Program-made: the position numbers and the translations under genes
Notes under the pieces: generated by a model
Databases searched by the model: none
The model's input: only the letters and a program-made list of their open reading frames with translations
What the model was told of the DNA's origin: nothing
From: an uncultured Methanomassiliicoccales archaeon
GTDB taxonomy: Archaea; Thermoplasmatota; Thermoplasmata; Methanomassiliicoccales; UBA472
DNA length: 64,000 nt
Assembly (NCBI GenBank): GCA_963695345.1
Contig: OY968769.1
Span: forward strand, 1,088,001-1,152,000
Direction of reading: 5' to 3'
Shown here: positions 19,247 to 29,991 of the stretch, piece after piece
Layout: every line of letters starts with the position of its first letter
Numbering within the stretch: position 1 is the stretch's first letter

Positions 19247-19987
19247 ATGCCAAACGATCCGTATCTTGACGCCAGCGTCGCGTGGCGCATCAAGACAGGT
19301 AACCTAGAGTTCCGCGAAGCGAATTTCAGAACGACCTCCCAGAATATCATCGAATCAGGGCTGGCCACGGAGGTGAAAGGCCTGATCAGCGCTGGAAAGG
19401 AAGCAGACGTCTACCTAGCCAGTTACAAGAATTCGCCGATCGCGGTGAAAGTATACCGGCTCTACCGGACCTCACACAGGGGAGGAAGACCGATCAAGCT
19501 CGATTCCGCTAGTTGGCTGGCGGGGCATGAGTTCGACATGCTGTACCAGGCATGGAAAGGTGGTGCCCTTGTCCCCACGCCGGCCAAGCGGTTGGAGAAC
19601 ATGCTTTCAATGCGTTATCTGGGGGACGAGAATGGGAATGCCCCGAGGCTGGTGGATGCCCAAATCGATGATCCCGCGTCCTTCAAGGTCTCGGTGCTGC
19701 AGGGAATAGAATCACTAGCCAAGGCCGGGATAGTCCATTCGGATCTGAGTCCATACAATGTCCTGGTTTTCAAAGGTAGACCTTGGCTCATCGATCTATC
19801 GGAGGCAATAAGGGTGGACCGACTTGGCTATTCTCATTGGCAACGTCTCGATAAGGCCAAACGAGCAATGGAACATGGTGTAGGTACGATAGATGACCAT
19901 TTCAGCAGGCGTGGGGTGAAGAAGGTTGACCTGGATTTCGTTGAACGGATCATCTCCTCATTGGATAGGTTTGGGGTGAGGGGGTGA
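19247..19987 (+). CDS. RIO1-family atypical kinase/ATPase
   Basis: S.GKEA.VY P-loop, AVKVY, HSDLSPYN catalytic loop, IDL metal-binding loop. Confidence 0.85.
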   Translation: MPNDPYLDASVAWRIKTGNLEFREANFRTTSQNIIESGLATEVKGLISAGKEADVYLASYKNSPIAVKVYRLYRTSHRGGRPIKLDSASWLAGHEFDMLYQAWKGGALVPTPAKRLENMLSMRYLGDENGNAPRLVDAQIDDPASFKVSVLQGIESLAKAGIVHSDLSPYNVLVFKGRPWLIDLSEAIRVDRLGYSHWQRLDKAKRAMEHGVGTIDDHFSRRGVKKVDLDFVERIISSLDRFGVRG

Positions 19988-20014
19988 AACGGCCATTCAT
20001 CGCCTCTCTTTCCA

Positions 20015-20971
20015 TTACATCAACCTGAGTTTGATGTCCAGGTGCCGTGACAGGTTCTCCAGGTCTTGCACCACATAGTAAAAGGCCATCCAGGAGAACT
20101 TTCCCCATCGGCGGATGCCTTCTTTCTTGATTAGCTGCAATTCCTTATTCTTATCAGTCGGCTCCCTGCCGAAGAACAGCAACCCGAACACGTCCGCCGA
20201 CCACACATCGATGGGGAACCCACCATTGGGATTGATGATGTCTGCAGAATAGTCACCGATGCCAGGAAGCTCGAGGAGTATCCTCTTCGCCTCCTCCGGG
20301 GACAGCCCCTCCAGTTCCTCGACGCTGGGGAAGCCTTCGTCCTCGATCTTCTTGGCGAGCTTCACCATGTGCTTGGCACGGTACCCCATGTTGCAGGTCT
20401 TTGCCAGCGCCTCCGACGTCACCGATGCCAAAGAGCTTGGTCGGGGCCAGGTTCTGACCATCCGTCCATCGAACTCAGCCAGGTCTCCGTATGTATTCAT
20501 GAGGCAGCCCATCATCTGGTTGCTCCGGGCTATGGTGGTCATCTGCAGGGTTATGGCCAGGACGGCGTCGGGAAAGATCGTGCTGGACACTGTATTATGC
20601 ATCCCTCTGAGGTCGACCACCGCATGCCTGAGGATGTCGTCCGCCTCCGCCATGGCATAGAACTCGGCAAGGTCCTGATCCGCCCCAATGCTCCTGGTCA
20701 ACGACCTGTTGATCGACCTGAGCTGAACGGCGTTCGGCCTATGCTCAAGATAGACCTCGGCCATTACCCGCGGTTCGTCGATATTGCCTATCGAGCCCAG
20801 CTTGATCCCGACCACCATTCCATCGATGTGGGTGGCGGTCCACAGCGTCCCGGCCTCGAATATCTCTGAGGGAGTGAACAGAGGCCATCCCGCAGGCTTC
20901 CTGATCGTCAGGTGGAAATCATAAGGGCGTTTCGGAATGATCTCGGATGTGAAGGCAGGGATCAACTTCAT
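20015..20971 (-). CDS. HhH-GPD DNA glycosylase (AlkA/Ogg-like)
   Basis: GYRAK, LPGIGDYSAD helix-hairpin-helix, P.DVW catalytic Asp. Confidence 0.8.
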   Translation of the reverse strand: MKLIPAFTSEIIPKRPYDFHLTIRKPAGWPLFTPSEIFEAGTLWTATHIDGMVVGIKLGSIGNIDEPRVMAEVYLEHRPNAVQLRSINRSLTRSIGADQDLAEFYAMAEADDILRHAVVDLRGMHNTVSSTIFPDAVLAITLQMTTIARSNQMMGCLMNTYGDLAEFDGRMVRTWPRPSSLASVTSEALAKTCNMGYRAKHMVKLAKKIEDEGFPSVEELEGLSPEEAKRILLELPGIGDYSADIINPNGGFPIDVWSADVFGLLFFGREPTDKNKELQLIKKEGIRRWGKFSWMAFYYVVQDLENLSRHLDIKLRLM

Positions 20972-21346
20972 TCAGGACACCTAGTCATTGCTAAAAGCAG
21001 AACACCTTCCATTTAACGCCTACCATGGATCACACAAACGAATCATTGTCAACTGCCTGTCATTCATGATCTCGGTCAAGGAAATGATTGCGTGGATTGG
21101 AAAAGAGAAGTGAATGAAGTTAGATGGAGGAATTGGTAGCGTGGTTACACTAACGGAGGTCCATCGCTGACGCGAGGATATGCCTGACGAAGAACGAGCA
21201 GGGGATCGATCCGACGTCAATGGAACGCCACCGTATCCTAATTGGGACTGCGGATTGGGTCAAGGACCGGTTCCGAAGATGTCTTCACCACAAGGAGCGG
21301 GAACTCCAAGGGGAACAACAACGACCCTCGTCCAGGCCTGACCGAT

Positions 21347-22027
21347 TCATGTCTGGCCGCCGTATCGAATGATCCGGACGGCTTCCTCCTCATCGACGTC
21401 ATACCAGTTACGATAAGCATCGGCGACGGCGAACGGCATCCCGCGGATATTGAGGCAGACGACCTCGTCGGCCTCCCTTGCGACCATTTCCACGGACCGG
21501 TCCGAACCGGTCGGAACGGCCACAACGATCGATGACGGATTCTCCGTTCTGACCTTTCGGATCGCCGCTAGCATGGTGTATCCTGAAGCCAGACCATCAT
21601 CGACCAGTATCACTTTTCTGCCTTTGAGAGAAGGCAGGGAACGGCCTTTGCGGAGCGCATGCTCCCGCGACCGACCTTCCCTGAACGCGCCCTCCTTGGC
21701 TTTCTCCATCTGCTGCCTGGTCAGCGCCAACTCGGCAACCAGATCGTTGTTCAAGACCATGTCACCATCCAGTGAGATGGCGCCGAAGCCCGCTTCCGGG
21801 TTCAAAGGGGTCTGCAACTTTCGCACGATTATGATATCCAAGGCGGCTCCCAGACCTTTTGCGATCTCCACCGCCACGGGAAGACCTCCTGAGGGTATCG
21901 CCAGAACAATCAGGTCCTTGCCTCGGTATCCCTCGAGATGTTTCAGCAGCTCCCTTCCCGCCTCAGCACGGTCCCTGAACACGTAGCGCCTCTGCCTGAG
22001 CTGCTTGTCCTCGACGATGGAGCCCAT
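21347..22027 (-). CDS. Phosphoribosyltransferase family protein
   Basis: FRDR.EAG..L, LAIP.GG.PVA and VILVDDGLASG.T PRPP loop. Confidence 0.9.
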   Translation of the reverse strand: MGSIVEDKQLRQRRYVFRDRAEAGRELLKHLEGYRGKDLIVLAIPSGGLPVAVEIAKGLGAALDIIIVRKLQTPLNPEAGFGAISLDGDMVLNNDLVAELALTRQQMEKAKEGAFREGRSREHALRKGRSLPSLKGRKVILVDDGLASGYTMLAAIRKVRTENPSSIVVAVPTGSDRSVEMVAREADEVVCLNIRGMPFAVADAYRNWYDVDEEEAVRIIRYGGQT

Positions 22028-22084
22028 GGAACGACCACCGACGTTGAGTCGTCAAGGAGGACTAAAATGGTTTGCATTTAAACG

Positions 22085-23476
22085 CTACCAGAGGAGCAAG
22101 CCCCAGAACCTCAACCCGAAGAGCAGTCCCATGACCATCACCGCTCCGGCGAACCCGGCCCTTATCATGGAGGCGTTGCTTGTGAAACCTTTGGTGAGGC
22201 GGTTCCTGACCTCACCGGAAACAGCGCAGGATGGAATGACCACGATCCCGTGCGCCAACCCGAAAACGAACAACAGCAATCCGCTCTCCAGTGCAGGGAC
22301 CCCTAGAGCGAGTATTAGAAGGACCATCGGGAAGACCAGAGAAAGTGCGCAGGGGGCCCAGCCGATGGAGAACAGGACCCCGAGGAAAAATCCGGCCAAA
22401 AGCCTTGAGCGCTCCTTGAGCCGTTTGATAATCAGACCACCCTTGTGCCAGACGCCGACCTGGGAGACGCTGCCGCAGGAAGGCCCTTCGTCCTCGTTCC
22501 GGGTCTTCGGGATCAAGGTCTTTAGCGGCCAAACACTGTTCACACCAAGCAAGACCAGCACCCCTCCTGAAAGGAGATAGAAAAGTGGGGAGTATGTCAG
22601 GAATCCTCCGAGATAACCGATCAACAGTCCCAACAGCAGGAAAACCACTGACATCCCCAGGGTGAAGGCCGCACCTGTGCCGATGTTCTCCATCAGCTCC
22701 CTTCTGGGGTTCACAACGGCCGACTTTCCTCCAGATGAGCCGATATACATCATCATCGTGAACAGCAGGGCCAATGAGCAGGGCGAGAATGACGTTAGGA
22801 TGCCCAGGCCGATGACGCTTGTCAGGCCAAGGGCGGTCTCGGAGGTTGTGCCCAACATCGTGTCGCCTAAGGCTCCGGACGCTATCGTTTCCGACACGGA
22901 CACCAATCTATCGGCGCTCTGGATCCCGTCCAACACGCCTCTTCCCACGACGTAGACATGGAAAGCGGCCGCGACATTCTGTTCGCCGTCGATGATGAGC
23001 ACCGTGGGGTCCGAGAATGCCCCGTTGACCTGCCAATAGTCCAGGTAGTCCTTGCCGATGGGATACGGATCGAATTCCTCGACCCAAAGCCACGTGACAT
23101 CGATGCCGTAGTCATTTTGCGCCATCGCCCATCCCGGTTCTGAACTGGGTGCTTTCCTCAGGTTCAAAGTGACCACGACAATGCCGGGATCCGCCCTGCC
23201 GGACAGCCCCTTGATCTCGTTAAGCTCTCCGATGATGGAGCTCTCGCATTCCAGGCACAAAGGGTTCTCCATCTGGGTTATGTGCAGGACAACGATCTTG
23301 CCCCTGAAATCAGATAGCGAGAAGCTCTGGCCCTCCTGGTCAATGGCGACGAAATCCGCTGCCGGCCGTATCTTCTCGGCAGCCTGGGTCTGGACGCCGA
23401 AGGTGAGGAACATCATCGTCAGGGCTATCATGAAAACAGCAACGACCACGATGGCCCTGCGGAACCGAGAGGTCAT
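22085..23476 (-). CDS. Redoxin (CxxC) - CcdA/DsbD-beta fusion membrane protein
   Basis: Signal/TM helix, FSLSDFRGK, CLEC. C-terminal TM bundle with FSPC and WAPC Cys-Pro motifs. Confidence 0.82.
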   Translation of the reverse strand: MTSRFRRAIVVVAVFMIALTMMFLTFGVQTQAAEKIRPAADFVAIDQEGQSFSLSDFRGKIVVLHITQMENPLCLECESSIIGELNEIKGLSGRADPGIVVVTLNLRKAPSSEPGWAMAQNDYGIDVTWLWVEEFDPYPIGKDYLDYWQVNGAFSDPTVLIIDGEQNVAAAFHVYVVGRGVLDGIQSADRLVSVSETIASGALGDTMLGTTSETALGLTSVIGLGILTSFSPCSLALLFTMMMYIGSSGGKSAVVNPRRELMENIGTGAAFTLGMSVVFLLLGLLIGYLGGFLTYSPLFYLLSGGVLVLLGVNSVWPLKTLIPKTRNEDEGPSCGSVSQVGVWHKGGLIIKRLKERSRLLAGFFLGVLFSIGWAPCALSLVFPMVLLILALGVPALESGLLLFVFGLAHGIVVIPSCAVSGEVRNRLTKGFTSNASMIRAGFAGAVMVMGLLFGLRFWGLLLW

Positions 23477-23484
23477 GTCCGTCC

Positions 23485-24137
23485 TCAGGTACCGTTCGCA
23501 TGGTGCGCTAAGGCGTCGTTGATCCAGCTCGCGAGGGAAGGCTGGTTGATGATCCCTTCCCAGCTATGCCAAAACGATCTGCGTGTTGCCGTCCGCGCCC
23601 CGAATCTGGTTGATCACCACGACCATGGGCACCAGGTGGGACCCCCCCGGATGGATCGTAGGCATTGAACGCCATTTTCAGGTACGCATCGTCCCGTCCT
23701 CCAAGCAGATCGAAATAGGTTATATTGCCGGTGTGCGACCGGTTCACATCAGCGCAGATCGGGTCCTGTACGGCACATGCCATGCAATCCTCGATATGGG
23801 CAAAGACCATGACTGGGCCATGTTCAAGGGCTGAGATCACCCATGAGGGATGGGGCACGGTGTTGTTCGAATCCCCTCTAGGTGTCGGATAGGTCAGCCA
23901 GAAATCGTTATCTCCGGAACCGATCTGACGATCGGTCATCGCAGCGAAATCTTAGGCCGCTGGGCTGTTCAGGATGGCGAAGGCTATCAAGGATGCCACG
24001 ATCAGTGCCGAAACCACGACCAATGACATGAGCCGATCGCCGCGGCTGGACAGTTTACCGCAGGCCGGACATCTGATTGCCGTGGGCAATATCGATGTCT
24101 CACACTTCCTGCACTTCTGATCAAGGTCCGTTGTCAT
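23485..24137 (-). pseudogene. Zinc-ribbon - TM - thioredoxin-like (CMAC) protein, interrupted by in-frame TAA and two homopolymer frameshifts
   Basis: ORFs 23952-24137 and 23508-23939 are in frame, separated by TAA plus 4 codons. Removing one base from each of two homopolymer runs (G7, T4 on the minus strand) gives ...VPMVVVIN...WHSWEG...WINDAL ending at TGA 23485. Confidence 0.65.
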
Positions 24138-24420
24138 GACTCGTCTCCCAACCTACTTCGCAATCGATGGATCGATATTGAAGGTCAAGAAGATTCTGCA
24201 TATATCAATCGATAAGTCCGATCGAGAGCGTCGCAGAGTGGATGATGTTGTGTTACGATCACTCGGAAGACCATCAGCGGCGTCAATACCGAACCCCCAC
24301 AAGCGATATTAACCCGTTGCTCACACTGATATTTCAGGCAATCGTCTGGCCCATGGCGTGGATACGGCGCCTGATGAGCAGCGGATGTTCCGAGATAGTG
24401 GCCATGATGTTGCCTGAGGG

Positions 24421-24717
24421 ATGCAGATGGACGAGTTCGAAGAATCAATGGCCGCCTTGGCCAGAATGAGCGATGACGACAAGAAAAAAATTGAAAGCCA
24501 AAACCGGGAGCTGTGCAACTGCCCAACCTGCCCGACCTATGCCGATTGCGCCAAGAAGAAGAAGGAACTGGTGTTCTGTTTCGGAGGCAAGAGCAGCTGC
24601 ATAATCACCTCAAAGGGATGCCATTGTCCGGGATGCCGGGTAAAGGCCAACTTCGGATTGACCAACATCTATTACTGCCTGAACGGCACCGAATCGGATA
24701 TAAGGAAAGGAGAATGA
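24421..24717 (+). CDS. DUF2769 Cys-rich small protein
   Basis: C.CP.CPTY..C, FC..GKS.CI, C.CP.C.V, YYC pattern typical of methanogen DUF2769. Confidence 0.8.
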   Translation: MQMDEFEESMAALARMSDDDKKKIESQNRELCNCPTCPTYADCAKKKKELVFCFGGKSSCIITSKGCHCPGCRVKANFGLTNIYYCLNGTESDIRKGE

Positions 24718-24805
24718 ACGGCTGGGCCATTCAACCGCAAGTTGGCCATGGCCGTCCAGTCTCAGGGGCATATTGAAAGGGTAAAGGGTTTTCGTTCCTC
24801 GGAGA

Positions 24806-27159
<2,354 letters not shown>

Positions 27160-27162
27160 ACC

Positions 27163-27181
27163 CTGACTGACCGTCAGTCAG
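27163..27181. promoter_or_regulatory. Perfect 9-1-9 palindrome, probable TetR operator
   Basis: CTGACTGAC-C-GTCAGTCAG lies 3 bp upstream of the tetR ATG and downstream of an AT-rich TATA-like element (~27190-27210). Confidence 0.8.
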
Positions 27182-27304
27182 TAAACTAAGATACATATTT
27201 ATTTCTTTTGTAATGAGGACATTAAGGCAATTTGGGTTCCATCTATCCAGATCTAGATGGCGTCACCGAGGATTATCCCATATGTTCAATGCGAATAGAG
27301 ATTC

Positions 27305-27344
27305 AAAAAAATGAAATGACCGGGAGGGATTCGCCTCCAGCGGT
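27305..27344 (-). terminator. tbp terminator (hairpin plus T7 tract)
   Basis: Minus strand ACCGCTGGAGG-CGAATC-CCTCCCGGT followed by CATTTCATTTTTTT just after the tbp stop. Confidence 0.65.
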
Positions 27345-27358
27345 GTAAATGGTTCCTC

Positions 27359-27907
27359 TTACAGCAGCAGACCGGCGGCCTTCAACTCTTCGGTGATCTT
27401 GTCGACCGCGGCTTCGACGTCCTGCGGTCTCCTCGCACCGGTACAGACCAGTTTTCCGGACCCGAACAGCAGCAATACCACCTTTGGCTCGTCCAGGCGG
27501 TAGACCAAGCCCGGGAACTGCTCTGGCTCGTATTCGACACGTTCCAACCCCAGGGTGATGGCGATCACGTTCAGGTTGATCTTCTGCCCTAGGTCGGACG
27601 AGGCGACGATGTTCTGGACCTCGATCTTAGGCTCGCTGTCCAAGTTGATCCCTGCCTTGCGGATCTGGGTCGTCACCTTGTCTATGGCCAGTTTTACCTG
27701 GTCCAGGCTCTTTGCCCCCGTGCATACGACCTTACCACTGCGGAAAAGCAGTGTGGCCGTCTTGGGTTCTTTCAAGCGGTAGATGAGACCGGGGAACTGT
27801 TCCGGTTCATAGTCCGCGCCGTCCAATGAGACCGCCAGCGCTTGCAGGTCCAACTCGGTTCCGAGCGAGGCGGAGGCTACCACATTCTCTATCTTGTATT
27901 TGGAAAT
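27359..27907 (-). CDS. tbp: TATA-box-binding protein (probable ATT start)
   Basis: Two TBP repeats (YEPEQFPGL.YRL.EPK...LLF.SGK.VCTGA twice). The KIENVVAS strand begins upstream of the first NTG codon at 27883. Confidence 0.95.
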   Translation of the reverse strand: MSKYKIENVVASASLGTELDLQALAVSLDGADYEPEQFPGLIYRLKEPKTATLLFRSGKVVCTGAKSLDQVKLAIDKVTTQIRKAGINLDSEPKIEVQNIVASSDLGQKINLNVIAITLGLERVEYEPEQFPGLVYRLDEPKVVLLLFGSGKLVCTGARRPQDVEAAVDKITEELKAAGLLL

Positions 27908-27926
27908 AGGAACACCTGACCAAGCC

Positions 27927-27949
27927 TAGTATATAACCTATATATACTA
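27927..27949. promoter_or_regulatory. Dyad TAGTATATA-N5-TATATACTA overlapping the tbp TATA region
   Basis: Perfect 9-bp inverted arms, 20-42 bp upstream of the proposed tbp start, preceded on the minus strand by purine-rich CAAAAG (BRE-like). Confidence 0.6.
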
Positions 27950-28097
27950 ACTTTTGCCCACTAATATGGGGTTTTAACGGCCTTAACCCCTAAACGAGGG
28001 TCGATTTCATGTCCTTAAGCACACAAGAATCCCGAGACTCTCACTTTCGCCCGACCGTCAAGAAAATACTTGTATCTCCCTTTTTCATCCTTTATTC

Positions 28098-28559
28098 ATG
28101 CCCACAGAAATCCGGATCAGCGAGCAGTTACCGATTACGATGCTTTCCATAAGGGAAAGGATCCAGAACATCGAGATAAAGTCCAAGATGGGAGAGATGT
28201 TCGGTCAACTTTGGATGTTCATGGAAAAGAACCATGTACAGGTGGCCGGTCCGCCTTTTGCCGTCTATCATGATTATGATCAGCAGACCTGCGACATGGA
28301 GTGTGGCTTCCCCACGGTCAAACCCGAGAAGGGCGAGGGAAACATAGTATCGTCGTCCGTTCCCGGTGGCAAATGCGTCATGGCTACCCATATTGGTCCC
28401 TATGAGAAGATCATGGAAACATACCAGTTGATCCAAGAATACATGCATAAAGAAGGGCTCAGACAGAAGAAGGTCATGTGGGAAAGATATCTCAACGATC
28501 CCGCCACGGTGAAGGATCAGAACGAGCTGGTAACGGAAATATACTGGCCCATTGAATGA
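28098..28559 (+). CDS. GyrI-like small-molecule-binding domain protein
   Basis: GPPFAVYH, D.ECGFP, PGGK.....HIGPYE, WERYL.DP, TEIYWP. Confidence 0.85.
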   Translation: MPTEIRISEQLPITMLSIRERIQNIEIKSKMGEMFGQLWMFMEKNHVQVAGPPFAVYHDYDQQTCDMECGFPTVKPEKGEGNIVSSSVPGGKCVMATHIGPYEKIMETYQLIQEYMHKEGLRQKKVMWERYLNDPATVKDQNELVTEIYWPIE

Positions 28560-28781
28560 TATGAAGGCTCTCATATTCTAAGGAGGGTCGAGCACTCCGA
28601 TCCTGTTCCGGGACCAAGCGTTGGAACGGTTGAACCTCTAATTCGTTCCAAAGGATCATCAGGTTAAATGGTCGGCGTGAAGGTTGATGAGCTCAGGCCC
28701 ATGAGCATATGAAAAATCTGCTATCCGACAACGGATGTTGGCCAGGATCGATCCCGGGAGGGATGGTATAGGATGGTGCAT

Positions 28782-29120
28782 CTAGAATGGCCCATCGAGC
28801 GTTGGCAGGAACAACCCGGTTATGGATGCCAGGATCCAGATGAGAACCGCGATGACCAATCCCTTCACCCAGCCAATCTTGTACAGTGCCTTCAAGGCCA
28901 ATAGCCAGATGATCCCGCCCACCACCGCGGCCAAGAGACCACTTCCCAAGAACCAATAGGCCAGCGCATAGACCGTCATGCCGACCACCGCGGCCAACAT
29001 CGCCCGACCGATGCTTTCCCCTTCTCCCATTAACCTGGTGACGGCATAGATAATGACAGTTGTTACTAGGAGACCGACCAGAAAGATCACAATACTAGAT
29101 GTATCAACCATCACACCCAA
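28782..29120 (-). CDS. Small 4-TM hypothetical membrane protein
   Basis: Four hydrophobic helices, Y.IGW.K.L.IA pattern, AT-rich TATA-like element upstream. Confidence 0.7.
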   Translation of the reverse strand: MGVMVDTSSIVIFLVGLLVTTVIIYAVTRLMGEGESIGRAMLAAVVGMTVYALAYWFLGSGLLAAVVGGIIWLLALKALYKIGWVKGLVIAVLIWILASITGLFLPTLDGPF

Positions 29121-29222
29121 TCCTCAGATTAATGTATATTAAACCATGCATAGTTTTCGGTACAGGATGGACGTCCAAATCTTTTAACCCTCGCTGCACC
29201 AATGGCTATCCCCAGTGGTGAT

Positions 29223-29990
29223 ATGAAATCCATATGGTCCGGATCGCTCTCGTTTGGCATGGTCAACATCCCGGTCAAGCTCTATTCCACGGTCGAGCAT
29301 ACCGCCTCCCCCGGCTTCAAACTGCTCCATGTGGAGGATAAGAGCCCGATCGAATACCGTAAATATTGTAAGAAACAGGATTCCGAGGTGCCCTGGTCGG
29401 AGATAGTAAAGGGGCTCGAGGTCGAACCTGGTTCTTTCTTCCTTTTCACAAAAGAGGAACTGGCAAGCCTTCGTCCTGAAAAATCCGATGCCATCGAGAT
29501 CGTCGAGTTCGTCTCTCCCGACCAGATCGAACGGCCATTGCTTGATGGGCACTATTACGTGGGGCCGGAAAAGAAGAAGGAGAAGGCCTTCTTCATTTTC
29601 TCCCGAGCCCTCGAAGCCTCGCACAAGAACGCCATCGGGCGATTCGTCATGAGGGAAAAGGAATACACCTGCGTCATTGCCCCATATGAGAACGGTTTGT
29701 TGCTCAGCACCCTGAACTACTCATACGAGCTGAGAAGCATCAGGGGGGTGGAGAACATCGGCGACCCGGTGGAGATCAAGCAACAGGAGCTTGACCTGGC
29801 CATCCAGTTGATCGACAAGCTCAGCTCTGCGCATTTCGATGTTTCACGGTACAAGGACGAGTTCGCTGAGCATCTGAAGGCGGCCATCGAAAGACGGGAC
29901 AGGAAGGAGCTGGTAACCATCGAGAAGGAGCAGGCCGAAACCACGGAAGAGAACCTGATCGAAGCTCTGAAGCACAGCCTGGAGGCGTAG
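29223..29990 (+). CDS. ku: Ku protein (NHEJ DNA end-binding)
   Basis: IWSGSLSFGMVNIPVKLY, EIVKG.E, I.I.EFV, YY..P, F....YKD. GGTGA RBS before ATG 29223. Confidence 0.93.
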   Translation: MKSIWSGSLSFGMVNIPVKLYSTVEHTASPGFKLLHVEDKSPIEYRKYCKKQDSEVPWSEIVKGLEVEPGSFFLFTKEELASLRPEKSDAIEIVEFVSPDQIERPLLDGHYYVGPEKKKEKAFFIFSRALEASHKNAIGRFVMREKEYTCVIAPYENGLLLSTLNYSYELRSIRGVENIGDPVEIKQQELDLAIQLIDKLSSAHFDVSRYKDEFAEHLKAAIERRDRKELVTIEKEQAETTEENLIEALKHSLEA

Positions 29991-29991
29991 C

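Noticed and set aside
21113-21346. Possible gene remnant starting MKLDGGIG
   Set aside because: Short frames broken by stops with no convincing motif; cannot be supported without a search.
24371-24395. Hammerhead ribozyme or complete C/D box sRNA at CTGATGA
   Set aside because: The required GAAA core reads GAGA with no convincing stems I/III, and the second C/D guide would be only 3 nt. Kept only as a generic structured leader.
28621-28651. Hairpin TTGGAACG...CGTTCCAA between convergent genes
   Set aside because: A single 8-bp stem without a U-tract; at most an ordinary terminator and not distinguishable from chance.
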